This document shows, one piece after another, positions 1 through 10,470 of a DNA stretch of 64,000 nucleotides. Numbering within the stretch: the stretch's first letter is position 1; every line of letters starts with the position of its first letter. Position numbers and translations under genes: made by a program. Source of the DNA: Candidatus Latescibacterota bacterium (GTDB lineage Bacteria; Latescibacterota; UBA2968; UBA8231); the NCBI GenBank assembly GCA_965248355.1, contig OZ252098.1, forward strand, positions 2,656,001-2,720,000, written 5' to 3'. The notes under the pieces were generated by a model. It did not search any database. It was not told the DNA's origin and worked only from the letters and a program-made list of their open reading frames with translations.

Positions 1-825
1 GCCCGGGCGGCCCTGCAGGGCAAGGTGAGCACCATGCGCAAGCTGGCCGCCCTCGGCGCGACGGTCCCGCGCGGGATCATCATGGGGTGCTGCGAGACGG
101 TGAACGGGGACGGCCTGAGGGAGCTGGTCGATGTCGGCGCCGAGTTGTGCGACTCGGAGGACGACCGCCTGGCTCCCGTCGCCCTGGCGCTGAGCACGTA
201 CGCGCGCAACCCGGCCGGCAAGCACGAGGTCCTGCGCATCCTGGAGGACAACCTCGACTACCCCGACACCCCCGCCATGGCCGTTCACCGCGGACGGATC
301 GACCTGCTCGACGCCCTGTACGAGCGCGACCCCGGCTTCGTAGGGCGGGCCCTGACCGGCGAGGACATCTACCCTCGGTCATGCGGCTGCGGCGGAGACG
401 ACGGCTACGGTCTGCACGGGACGCCGCTGCAAGGCGCCACGCTGCTGCACATGGCCATCGACTACCACGAGCGCGAGATCTTCGACTGGCTCCTGGCCCA
501 CGGCGCCGACCCGGATGCCCGCGCGGCGGTCGACGCCGACGGCTTCGGCGGGCACACACCGCTGTTCAGCGCCGTGGTCGTGCAGCCCGGGACGGTGCGG
601 GGCCTGGAGGCCGATCACTTCGTCAGGGCCCTGCTCGAGCGCGGCGCCGACCCTTCCGTGCGCGCCTCGATCCGCAAGCAGCTGATGTTCATCGACGACG
701 AGGCCCACGAGTACCACAATGTGACCGCCCTGGAGTACGGGCGGGCCTTCCACGAGGAGCGGTTCGTCAACATGGCGGCCCTGAACTTCCTGGGGGCGCA
801 CGCCGGCGGGGCGGAGGACTCCTGA
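1..825 (+). CDS. Ankyrin-repeat protein (5' partial)
   Basis: Frame is open from base 1. Ankyrin motifs GATLLHMA..LLAHGADPD and GHTPLFSA..LLERGADP. Confidence 0.8.
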   Translation, partial: ARAALQGKVSTMRKLAALGATVPRGIIMGCCETVNGDGLRELVDVGAELCDSEDDRLAPVALALSTYARNPAGKHEVLRILEDNLDYPDTPAMAVHRGRIDLLDALYERDPGFVGRALTGEDIYPRSCGCGGDDGYGLHGTPLQGATLLHMAIDYHEREIFDWLLAHGADPDARAAVDADGFGGHTPLFSAVVVQPGTVRGLEADHFVRALLERGADPSVRASIRKQLMFIDDEAHEYHNVTALEYGRAFHEERFVNMAALNFLGAHAGGAEDS

Positions 826-841
826 GCGGCCTGTCCGGCGG

Positions 842-1426
842 CTACTCGCCGGAGAAGTCGCGCACCACCTGGCCGTAGCCCTCGGTGTAGTCCATCTCCA
901 GGTACCAGGCGCCGTGGAAGGAGAGGGGGGCGAAGTCGGAGAGGTCGAAGACGGCGGAGGGGTTGAACTGGACGACGCCGTCGCCGGCGCGGCAGATGTG
1001 GACCTGCCGGTCGGTGCTGGCGCCGACCGTGTCGATGATCTGCATCACTTCGGGGCCGCTGCCGTCGGCCCGGGGAATCACCTTGAGGCGCCAGTTGGGC
1101 TCGGTGGCGGGCATGTCCTCGGGGCGCGCCTCCCGATGCATGGTGGAGCGGATGCTCATGACGGAACCGCCGCCCACCACCGTGTCGGTGCACATGACTC
1201 GCTCGTCCATGGAGACGGTGATGGCGGCGTGGACCTTCGGGGTCCCGTAGATCTCGCGGCCGGCGGGAATGCTGGAGCGGGAGTTGAGAAAGGCCACGGC
1301 GCAGAAGTACCCGGACCGGCCCTCGAAGGTGCAGGGCACGGAGAGGGCGCTCTCCTCGAAGGCGCCGTAGCTGGAGCTCCCCACGGCCAGACCCATGGCC
1401 ACGCACAGGCCGTCCTCAAGAGGAGG
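842..1426 (-). pseudogene. Acetoacetate decarboxylase family protein, N-terminally truncated
   Basis: Contains the ADC-like GREIYGTPK motif. The upstream frame reads PPLEDGLCV and then meets a stop at 1427-1429, leaving it shorter than typical family members with no proper start. Confidence 0.6.
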
Positions 1427-2106
1427 TCATGATGCATCGCCGTCCTATCGTCGCATTGATCCTCGCCCTTGTTGGCGTGAGGGGGATCAGTGCCGAGGAG
1501 AGACGGACGGTCACCTTGGGTGGTTGGCCTGCTGACAGTCGCCGAGAGTGGAGGAGCTGACCCTTATTCCATAATGTTCCTGAGGCCGGCTCAAGGGGGC
1601 GGGTATGAGTCTGCGGCCTATCTGGACACAACCTATAGAGCCATATGGTGGATCGGCAGTAACGCTAGGAACTTCCCGGATCCGCCAACGGGACAAAACG
1701 CGTGGGTATTCTGGGATGTCTCCTCCGTAGGGTTCAAGATGGGGGTTCCGAGCGAGGACTTCCCCTCCCAGTTCACGGCCACCGCGTCAATCGAGAACGC
1801 TGTCGATGCTTGGGACGATATCGAGTCGAGTGTGCTCAGTCTCACCTATGACGGCTTGGATGTATACCTGGCCAACGATCCCGGAGACGACGTAAATGTC
1901 ATCTTCTGGGCCAGCCACTCCAGTCTGGATACAGATAACCTCAATGGTCTTACCCTGATCACGACACCCATCAGCGGTGATGACATCGGAGAGTTCTCCG
2001 ACGTTGATATCGTCCTCAACGAGCGGAAGCGCTGGACGACGGTCCTATCCCGTTGTAGGCCAGGTACCGCCGGCGCAGACTACGTGGATACGCTTGATGT
2101 TCAGAG

Positions 2107-3530
2107 GGGCAAGTCCCATTTTCAGTTGAAACGTAGCCCAGGCTCGAGTGGATGAGTCAGCCCGTCATCGCGAGCTGCTGGATGCCGAGCTCGGCTTGGA
2201 GCGCTTGCCGGAGCATCGGCAGGTGGTGGTAGCCGTTGATCCGGCGCAGGCGAGGTTCGATGTCAAGCAACGCCGTGGCGACCCAGCGGTGACGCTGCGA
2301 CGAGTTGGTCCAGCGCCGCACGTTGTGCGTCAACTGCTCCAGGAGACTGTTGACGTTCTCGATACAGTTGGTGGTACGGAAGGAGGCCTTCAGCATCGGC
2401 ATCAGGCCCAGGCGGTGGAGCGTGAGGGTTTCTTGCTGGCCTTCCTCCAAGCTGCGCAGGGCCGACTGGTTCATCAACTGCAACCCCGGTTTCAGCGCCT
2501 CCAGGGCGGCTTGGGCCTCCTCGTACGTCGAGTGCCCATACGCCGCTTCCAGCTTTCGACGAAGGCCGGCCTGCTCGCTCTTGGGCAGGTACGAGACCAC
2601 GTTCTGGCGCTTGTGATACTGGCATCGCTGCACGCAGGCATGGCCCTGGAGCACCGACCGCACCGCCTTGTACAGGCCCTTGCCTCCATCGATCACCACG
2701 AGCAGCCCGGCTTCGTATTGCAGGCCCCGCTCGACCAGCTCCGCCAGGAAGCGGCGACAGACGCGCTCGTTCTCGGTGGCCGCCTGCACGAAGCCCAAGG
2801 GCACCTTCTGGCCCTCCAGAGTCACACCCAGGGCGATGAGGATCTCCTCGTCGGCGAAGCTCTTGCCGTCCAGAAACAGCGCCACCAGGTCGTAGCCTTC
2901 CAAGGATCGCTGCTGGAATTCGGCCAGCTTGCGCGCCGTGCCTTTCACGTACCGGCGAGAGACCGAGGAACGGGACAGACCGAAGGCTTGCGGGACGGTC
3001 TCGGCGCAGGCCTCGTAGTTGCGCGTGGCCAAGCCCTTCAGCACCCGCAACAACAGCCCCTGGTCCATCTGCCTCGGCGTCTGCAGGGCCTGATAGGCCT
3101 CCAGCGGGACCTCGGTGCCGCGGACCACATCGCGCACGCGCGGCACCTCGACCGGCAGTTTCTGATCGCCCAGGTACACCGACCCGGCCTGCGCCCCCCA
3201 GCGGCGCAACGCCTGATCCGGACCCTTGCGCTGATACCGAGGTCCGGCCAAGGCCTCGACCGACTGCTGCAGCTCCTCCGAGACCGCCTGCAGACCCAAA
3301 GGGATCAGCAGCTGGATGACCTCGATGCGAGTCTCCAGATCGTCCATCGACGCGGTGGCTTGGCGGTTCACGGGGCCGATGGCCACGGTCCGTTTGACGC
3401 CCTTCTTCCGTGCTTGTAGCTTGCTCATGGCAGGCTCCTTGGGTTACCGATACGAGGCTTCTTGGGGATTTCTCGTATCAAACGTAACGATGGGAGCCTG
3501 TGCTATTTCAACTAAGATCGGGACAATGCC
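2107..3530 (-). mobile_element. IS256-family element, copy 1
   Basis: Imperfect terminal IRs gggcaagtcccattttcagttgaaa / tttcaactaagatcgggacaatgcc. 8-bp TSD gttcagag at 2099-2106 and 3531-3538. Confidence 0.93.
2157..3428 (-). CDS. IS256-family (Mutator-like) DDE transposase
   Basis: LFLDG, VIDGGKGL, QRCQYHK and RTTNCIE motifs. Confidence 0.93.
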   Translation of the reverse strand: MSKLQARKKGVKRTVAIGPVNRQATASMDDLETRIEVIQLLIPLGLQAVSEELQQSVEALAGPRYQRKGPDQALRRWGAQAGSVYLGDQKLPVEVPRVRDVVRGTEVPLEAYQALQTPRQMDQGLLLRVLKGLATRNYEACAETVPQAFGLSRSSVSRRYVKGTARKLAEFQQRSLEGYDLVALFLDGKSFADEEILIALGVTLEGQKVPLGFVQAATENERVCRRFLAELVERGLQYEAGLLVVIDGGKGLYKAVRSVLQGHACVQRCQYHKRQNVVSYLPKSEQAGLRRKLEAAYGHSTYEEAQAALEALKPGLQLMNQSALRSLEEGQQETLTLHRLGLMPMLKASFRTTNCIENVNSLLEQLTHNVRRWTNSSQRHRWVATALLDIEPRLRRINGYHHLPMLRQALQAELGIQQLAMTG

Positions 3531-3845
3531 GTTCAGAGCGTCGTGACCCACGAATTGGGACACGCCCTCGGGCTGGGGCATGCCACGGGCGAGAATGCGA
3601 TGACCCCAAGTCAGGTATGGTGTGCGGACGATGACATGAAGGCCAAGTACGAAGAGCCTACCGACGACGGCGACGACGAAGTACCAGCACAGCGGATCGT
3701 CGCCGACGGGGATCAGGACGGATATCAGTATATCTACGTAGGGAACAAGAGCGTGCGCGCCACGTTCGGCGGCGATTCCAGTGACAAAGTCATCGCAGCA
3801 GGCGTGCCGGACGAGAGCGGCGTTGCGCAGGCCACCGTCTTTCCC

Positions 3846-4432
3846 AATCCCTTCAATCCGGAGGTCACGGTCGCCTTCGAGTTGGACCACCCGGCGTCCG
3901 TATCGGTGCGGGTCTACGACGAGGTGGGGCAGCGGGTGCGGGTGCTGGCCGCGGAGGCCGAGCGCCCGGCGGGCTCCTACCAGTTCATCTGGGACGGTCG
4001 CGACCAGGCGGGGCGGCTGCAGGCCTCCGGCACCTACTTTCTGGTGGTCTCGGTCGATGGGACGCCCGAGAGCCACAAGCTGACCCTGCTGCACTGAGGG
4101 AGGAAGGACATGGCAACCCGGCTTCATGGCGTTCTCGCCTTGTGGTGGCTTGCCCTGGCGGCCCCGGTGGGGGCGCTGCCGCCGTGCGGGGAGCCGGGCA
4201 CGATCAGCACCGTGACCGCCCCCGACGGTGGGGACTACCTTGCCGCTTTCAGTGGTTACTTGATCTATCCTCCGGTAGAGGGGGGGTTCCAAGGTGTAGA
4301 TGGCCCTGTCGACCTGGTCGCGGCGCCGGAGTACCGCAGTCACTATCCGAGGTATCTGGCCGTGGGTCCCCAAGGGCGCGTGCATATCGCCGACTGGACG
4401 ATCATCTACCGCCTCGAAGCCGATGGCAGCGC
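3846..4432 (+). repeat. Direct repeat copy A: FlgD tail + stop/RBS + signal peptide and N-terminus of the next gene
   Basis: Near-identical to 5522-6094 apart from a divergent patch near 4252-4320. Confidence 0.9.
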
Positions 4433-5773
4433 CACCCGCCTCGTCGGCGTACCGCAGTACCGTGACATCTATGGAACCGGCATCGGCAACGGCAATTCCG
4501 ACCGGCCACCCCTCTTGCAGGAACTCAATGTCTTTGAAGACACCGTGGCGGCCCTGGCCGCCCGTATTGCGCCGGGTCCGATGGCCTTCGACCGGCAGGG
4601 GCGGCTCTACTTCGTCGACTATGTCGATGCTTGGCAGCTCTTCTTGCACAGCAGCGACTACTCGAAGGTAGTGGCGCGCATCGCTCGCGTGGAGACCGAT
4701 GGGCGGGTGGTCACCTTCGCCGGTCCGGCGGCATTCGGTGGCATAGGTTCGCTGGTCTTCGATGTCCAGGGGGATCTGCTGTTGTCGGGCTATGGAGGGA
4801 TCTGGCGCATCGACGACCAGGGAGGTGTCTCAGGCCCCATGGGGCCACCTGGGCGAGGATCCCTGCAGATGGATGACCAAGGGAGACTGTACTTCCGGAC
4901 CCGTACCCAGGTCTTCCGCCGTCATCCCGACGGCACGATCGAACACCTGGCTGGGTCGGCTTGGGACGACCGCAGGCCATGCGTGAAGCCGCGCTGGAAG
5001 GAGAGGGGGCGGAAGAGCGCCCGGGCGGGTACTATGTCGCCAATGGCGCTCCGGCGACCGAGGCTCCGCTCCACTTTACCTCGGCCTTGGCTCTGGACTC
5101 GGACGGGTCGCTGTATGTGGCCAATTGGTACTTCAACCGCATCCATCGGGTCCGTCCCGACGGCGTCATCGAGACCGTCGCCGGCAACGGCCTGGACTTC
5201 ATGAAGTCACCCGGTTGTGCGGCGTCCGAGAAGCGGGTGGCCGGGGCCGTATCCGTACCCCGATGCCTGGACAATATCGGCGACGGCGGCTCGGCGCTGG
5301 AGGCCTCTATCTGGCATCCCGGTCCGCTGCAGATGACGCCGGACGGCGATCTCCTGGTGGCGATGGAGAAGGGAGGATTCATGTGGGCGGGTGGAGATGT
5401 CTCCCACCTGCGCCGCATCTGCCGGGTCCGCGAGTGGATGGTGGCCACGGCGGTGGAGGCGGTCGAGGAGGTGCCTGCGAATGGCGCCGAAGAAGTACTA
5501 CCCTCCGTGCGCCTGTGGCCGAATCCCTTCAATGCCTCTGTCACGGTCGCCTTCGAGTTGGACCACCCGGCTTCCGTATCGGTGCGGGTCTACGACGAGC
5601 TGGGGCAGCGGGTGCGGGTGCTGGCCGCGGAGGCGGAACGCCCGGTGGGCTCCTACCAGTTCGTCTGGGACGGGCTCGACCAGGCGGGGCGGCTGCAGGC
5701 CTCGGGCACCTACTTTCTGGTGGTCTCGGTCGATGGGACGCCCGAGAGCCACAAGCTGACCCTGCTGCACTGA
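4110..5773 (+). pseudogene. Secreted NHL/beta-propeller repeat protein with FlgD tail; frameshift near 4970
   Basis: Signal peptide and NHL-like repeats (LAVGPQGRVHIAD; LALDSDGSLYVANWYFNRIHRV..ETVAGNG). ORFs 4110..5204 and 4961..5773 join by a 1-nt shift. Confidence 0.75.
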
Positions 5774-6094
5774 GGGACGGAAGGCGATGGCAACCCGTCT
5801 CCACGGCCTCCTCGCCTTGTGGTGGCTTGCCTTGGCGGCCCCGGTGGGGGCGCTGCCGCCGTGCGGGGAGCCGGGCACGATCAGCACCGTGACCGCCCCC
5901 GATGGGGGCGACTACATAGCGGCCTTCAGCGGCTACAAAGTCTACCCGCCGCAGGACGTACCCGGCTTCCGGGACGGGGCGGCCGCGCCGGAGTACCGCA
6001 GTCACCATCCGCGGTACCTGGCCGTCGGCCCCGAAGGGCGCGTCCATGTCGCCGACTGGACCATCATCTACCGTTTGGAGGCCGATGGCAGCGC
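5522..6094 (+). repeat. Direct repeat copy B
   Basis: See copy A at 3846-4432. Confidence 0.9.
5787..6094 (+). pseudogene. Truncated paralog of the 4110 secreted protein
   Basis: Same N-terminus MATRLHGLLALWWLALAAPVGALPPCGEPG. It is cut at the IS630 left end and similarity does not resume after the IS. Confidence 0.8.
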
Positions 6095-7266
6095 TAGTGT
6101 CGCGTCCGACAAATGAGTTGTAAAAACAGAGTCAAGGCCTTATCTTCAGGCCATGGCCCGCCCGGTGTCCCGCCTTGAGTTGACCGCGTCCGAGCGACAG
6201 GAGTTGGAGCGTCGCGTCAGGGCCCCCTCCGCGTCCCAGCGCGACAGCCTGCGCGCGGCCATCGTCCTGCGCCGGGCCGAAGGGATCAAGCAGGTGCAGG
6301 TGGCCGCCGAGTTGGGCGCCAGTGTGGCGTGTGTGAACAAGTGGTCGCAACGCTTTGATCGCGAGGGTTTGGCGGGACTGAACGACGCCAAGGGCCGGGG
6401 CCGGCCGGCGAGCTTGCCGGCGGACAAGGTCGAGCAGGTCCTCACCGCGGTCACGCAGCCGCCGAAGCCGCGCACGCGCTGGAGCGTGCGCTCGATGGCC
6501 CAGGCGGCGGGGATGTCGCCGGACAGCGTGCACATCTGGAAGGCCAACGACATCAAGCCCCATTTGACCAAGACCTTCAAGGTCTCCACGGACCCGCACT
6601 TCGAGGAAAAATTCTGGGACGTGATCGGGCTCTACCTGGATCCCCCCGAGCGCGCGCTGGTGCTGTGCTGTGACGAGAAGAGCCAGTGCCAGGCGCTGGA
6701 ACGGACCCAGCCGGGCTTGCCGCTGGGGATCGGCGACATCCGCACCCGGACCCACGATTACAAGCGCCACGGTACGATCACCTTGTTCGCCGCGCTCAAC
6801 TACCTCGACGGCAAGCTCATCGCGCGTCTGGAGGCGCGTCATACCCACGTCGAATGGCTCCGCTTTCTCAAGCAGATCGACCGCGAGACGCCCAAGAACC
6901 TGTCGCTGCACCTGATCGTGGACAACGCCGGCCCCCACAAGGAGGAGAGCGTGCAGCATTGGTTGTCTCGGCATCGGCGCTTCCATGTCCATTTCACCCC
7001 CACCAGTTCCTCCTGGATGAACTTGGTCGAACGGTTCTTCGGCGAGCTGACGCAGGATGTGATTCGGGACGGCAGCTTTGCCAGCGTCGGGGAGTTGGTG
7101 CGCGACATCGAAGCCTACTTGGCGCAGCGGAACTTGGCCCCCAAACCCTACCGCTGGAAGGCCGACGGCGAGACCATCCTGCGCAAGATCCAGCGCGCTC
7201 GGGAGACGGTGGCGGCGACATCGGACAGCCCTTGTTGATTCTTCTTAATTCTCGGACGGGACACTA
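6095..7266 (+). mobile_element. IS630-family element
   Basis: IRs tagtgtcgcgtccgac / ctcggacgggacacta. TA duplication within a CTAG target. Confidence 0.9.
6153..7238 (+). CDS. IS630-family transposase
   Basis: HTH N-terminus plus CCDEKSQCQAL, THDYKRHGT, IVDN and PTSSSWMNLVERFF motifs. Confidence 0.93.
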   Translation: MARPVSRLELTASERQELERRVRAPSASQRDSLRAAIVLRRAEGIKQVQVAAELGASVACVNKWSQRFDREGLAGLNDAKGRGRPASLPADKVEQVLTAVTQPPKPRTRWSVRSMAQAAGMSPDSVHIWKANDIKPHLTKTFKVSTDPHFEEKFWDVIGLYLDPPERALVLCCDEKSQCQALERTQPGLPLGIGDIRTRTHDYKRHGTITLFAALNYLDGKLIARLEARHTHVEWLRFLKQIDRETPKNLSLHLIVDNAGPHKEESVQHWLSRHRRFHVHFTPTSSSWMNLVERFFGELTQDVIRDGSFASVGELVRDIEAYLAQRNLAPKPYRWKADGETILRKIQRARETVAATSDSPC

Positions 7267-7387
7267 GCGTGCCGGAAGCGGGTGCTGACCGAGGCAGGGC
7301 GAGGTCCTCGACGGCCATGTGATCCTCGGGCCGGATCCGCTCCACGCGCCCCTGGTCCCCCGACCAATCCAGCACGGAGCCGATGCG

Positions 7388-9142
7388 ATGAGCGGTGCCC
7401 TCGGGATCCTCACCGAGCCCGATGTGCGTGTGCCCATGCGCGACGGCGCGCGCATGGGGGCCCACGTCTTCCGGCCCGACGCCGAGGGCCGCTTCCCCGG
7501 GATCCTGCACCGCACGCCCTACGGCCGGCGGAGGGACGGGTACGAGCGCTACGTGCGCGCCGGGTATGCCGTGGTCTCCATGGACTCCCGCGGCCGCTAC
7601 GGCTCCGAGGGCGACTGGGTGCCCTTCACCGTGGAGCACACGGGGGACGCCGAGGACGGCTACGACTCGGTGGAGTGGCTGGCGGCTCAGCCCTGGTGCG
7701 ATGGCCGGGTGGGCACCCTCGGGGCCTCGTACGACGCCTGGATGCAGTGGCAGCTGGCCCGCCTGCGGCCCCCGCACCTGGCGGCCATGTGCGCCTACAC
7801 CATCCCCCTGGAGCTGACCGAGGTCGACTGGCCGGGCGCCTTCCGGCCGGGGCGGCGCATCAAGTGGTGGCTCACCTCCATGGCGCCGGACCTGCGCCGC
7901 CGGCGGGGACTGCCGCCGCCGCACACGCCGGCCGAGGCCCGGCAGGATTGGGCCGAGGCCGACGGCGAGAACCCGTGGACCGAATACCTGCCCTGGCTCG
8001 ACTTCCCGCGGCACCTGCCGCCCGGGCTGGCGGAGTACGCCAGGGACTGGCTCGAGCACCCGAACCGGCGTCCCTGGCGCTTCGACGAGGTCCACGGGGA
8101 GGTGGAGGTGCCGAACCTCGACTTCAGCGGCTGGTACGACCACTGCAACGGCTCCATGCGGCACCTGCAGCTCATGCAGCGCACCGGCCGCAGCGAGAGG
8201 GCGCGGTCCCAGACGAAGCTGGTGGCCGGCCCCTGGAACCACCCGGGCCTCGGCAGCCGCGCCGTGGCCGGCATCGACTTCGGACCGCAGGCCGGGCTCG
8301 ACCTGCCGGACCTGATCGTCCGCTGGTTCGACCACTGGCTGAAGGGCATCGACAACGGCGTCGACCGCGAGCCGGCGGTGCGCTACTTCGTGATGGCCGG
8401 CCGGCGGGGCCGGTGGCGCTCGGCCGATACCTGGCCCCCGGCCGGCACCACGCCCCGCGAGTACCGGCTCGGCAGCGGCGGCGACGCCGGCTTCGGCGGC
8501 TCCGGACGGCTGTCCACCGACGGCGGGCCCGAGGACGCCGAGGCCGACCGCTTCGACTACGATCCCCGCAACCCCGTGCCGACCCTGTGGACCCGGGAGT
8601 GGTTCACGGGGCCGTCGGACCGCCGCCGGCTGGAGGATCGCGAGGACATCCTCTGCTACCGCACCGAGCCGCTGGCCGAGGCGGTGGAGATCGCCGGCTA
8701 CCCGGAGGCCGTGCTCTTCGTCAGCTCCTCGGCGCCGGACACGGACTTCTTCGCCCGGCTGGTGGACGAGCAGCCCGCTCCCGGACGCGCCCTGGAGGTG
8801 TGCTACGGCATGGTCCGCGTTCGCCATCGCAACAGCCTCGACGCCGAGGAACTGCTCTCGCCAGGAGAGGTGGTGGAGGTGCGGATCCAGCTCGGACCGA
8901 CGGCCTGCCGCTTCGAGGCGGGCCACCGCATTCGCCTGGAGATCACCTCGAGCGACTTCCCCAACCACGACCGCAACCACAACACGGGGAAGAACGACCT
9001 GGCCGACGCCGAGCTGGCGGTGGCGGCCAACGCCGTGCACCACTCGGCTCGGCGGCCCTCGCGGCTGGTGCTGCCGGTGCTGGGGGGGGTGATGGACCGG
9101 CCTTGTTTCCCTTGCGCGGGTAACACAGGTCGGTCAATTTGA
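7388..9142 (+). CDS. CocE/NonD family hydrolase
   Basis: VPMRDG, RTPYG, GRYGSEG, GASY nucleophile, GPWNH and SSDFP motifs. Start could alternatively be 7319. Confidence 0.9.
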   Translation: MSGALGILTEPDVRVPMRDGARMGAHVFRPDAEGRFPGILHRTPYGRRRDGYERYVRAGYAVVSMDSRGRYGSEGDWVPFTVEHTGDAEDGYDSVEWLAAQPWCDGRVGTLGASYDAWMQWQLARLRPPHLAAMCAYTIPLELTEVDWPGAFRPGRRIKWWLTSMAPDLRRRRGLPPPHTPAEARQDWAEADGENPWTEYLPWLDFPRHLPPGLAEYARDWLEHPNRRPWRFDEVHGEVEVPNLDFSGWYDHCNGSMRHLQLMQRTGRSERARSQTKLVAGPWNHPGLGSRAVAGIDFGPQAGLDLPDLIVRWFDHWLKGIDNGVDREPAVRYFVMAGRRGRWRSADTWPPAGTTPREYRLGSGGDAGFGGSGRLSTDGGPEDAEADRFDYDPRNPVPTLWTREWFTGPSDRRRLEDREDILCYRTEPLAEAVEIAGYPEAVLFVSSSAPDTDFFARLVDEQPAPGRALEVCYGMVRVRHRNSLDAEELLSPGEVVEVRIQLGPTACRFEAGHRIRLEITSSDFPNHDRNHNTGKNDLADAELAVAANAVHHSARRPSRLVLPVLGGVMDRPCFPCAGNTGRSI

Positions 9143-9170
9143 CATGAGAGTCTCCCGAGAAAAGAACTGA

Positions 9171-10470
9171 ATGGACCTCCCATACGAGATTCGAGATCCG
9201 ATTCACGGCTTTATCGGTATCAGCGAGTGGGAACGGGACCTTCTCAACCATCCGGCGCTCCAGAGGCTGAGGCGAATCCGGCAGCTCGGCCTGAGCGAAA
9301 TGGTCTATCCCGGTAGCGTACACACACGGTTCGAGCATTCCCTCGGGGTGATGCATGTCGCCTCGAGAATGTTCAGCGAGATCCGCGTTCGTTCACCGGA
9401 GCTTCTGAGAGAGTTGGGCTACGAGAGGGCCGGGCTGGACCGCCAACATGCGTTGATCCGGGTCACCGCACTGATGCACGACGTGGGACACGCGCCCTTC
9501 TCCCATGCAACGGAGGAGTTGATGGAGGGAGAAGAGGGGGACGTGGTGTCTCACGAGAGATACTCCGCCGGGATAGTGAAGCACGTGCTTCGAGAGGTAA
9601 TCGAAGATCATCCCGTGAACACCGCCAACTACCGCATTCGCGCTGAGGAGGTGACCGGCTTACTTGCAGGTGAGCCCGCGCCCGGACACCAGGAGCTTCT
9701 GTGGCGAGAGCTGATCTCCGGTCAATTGGATGCGGATCGCGCCGACTACCTGCTGCGCGATGCCTTCCATGCGGGGGTGGAGTACGGGAGATATGACCTC
9801 GAGAGGATGCTCGTGTGCCTGCGGCTGGCAATCGATCCGGAGACGGACTCACCCCGGATCGCAATGAGCGCAGGTGGGTGGCACGTTGCGGAGGCCTTCA
9901 TCATTGCGAGATACATGATGTTCACGCAGGTCTATTTTCAGCATACCCGCAGGGCCTATGACAAGCACTGCGTCCTGGCTACGCGGGAGGTGCTTGAGAG
10001 AGATGCGAAGCAGGCAGGCCGGTCGATCGGCGTTGTTGCCATCGGCCAGCGATGCGGACACTCTTTCCGACTATCTCGCCTGGGATGACTGGCGAGTCAT
10101 GGGACGGGTGAAGGAAGGCGAAGGGGGCAAGCACGGGATCGCATTGCTGGAGCGAAAGCACTTCCGGCATGTCTTCGAAACGCCGGAAGTCCCTGAGGAG
10201 AATGATCTCGAGCTCTTCGAATCACTGACCGGCGAACTTGGTGACATGGTCGGATTCGTGGACGAGGCCCAGAGCTCTTGGTACCGCCAGGAGGCTGACG
10301 CCCTGATTGACGGAAAGGATGGAGTGAAGAGGCTCTCGCAGTTGTCGACCATCGTCGGCAACATGAAAGCCGTAAATCGCCACAGAATCTACGTACGGAT
10401 GTCAGATCGCGAACGAGCAGAGCGAATAGTTGCCGACTTCCGAAAAGAAAAGGAGGGAGCAGGCGAATGA
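9171..10470 (+). pseudogene. SAMHD1/YwfO-like HD phosphohydrolase (putative dNTP triphosphohydrolase); frameshift near 10020
   Basis: IRDPIHG, QRLRRIRQLG, HTRFEHSLG, HDVGHAPFSH, DADRADYLLRD and ARYMMFTQVYFQH motifs. The C-terminal part (YLAWDDW) is in the +1 frame and ends at 10470. Confidence 0.82.

Larger units (their letters stand above)
1429..4097 (+). pseudogene. Secreted matrixin/M10-type zinc metalloprotease with C-terminal FlgD-Ig (PNPFN) tail, interrupted by IS256
   Basis: Removing IS256 plus one TSD gives ..TLDVQSVVTHELGHALGLGH..NAM (metzincin motif). AGGAGG RBS and a signal-peptide ATG at 1429 are out of frame with the main body starting near 1490. Confidence 0.8.

Noticed and set aside
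3846..6094. Diversity-generating retroelement TR/VR pair
   Set aside because: Mismatches between the repeats are not adenine-specific, and no reverse transcriptase is present in the window.
9096..9135. Imperfect hairpin at the left edge of the defence block as an attC site
   Set aside because: It lacks RYYYAAC/GTTRRRY ends. More likely a terminator or operator, and not supportable further.
10000..10060. Programmed frameshift in the HD hydrolase
   Set aside because: No slippery heptamer or homopolymer run at the junction; a mutation or sequencing error is more likely.
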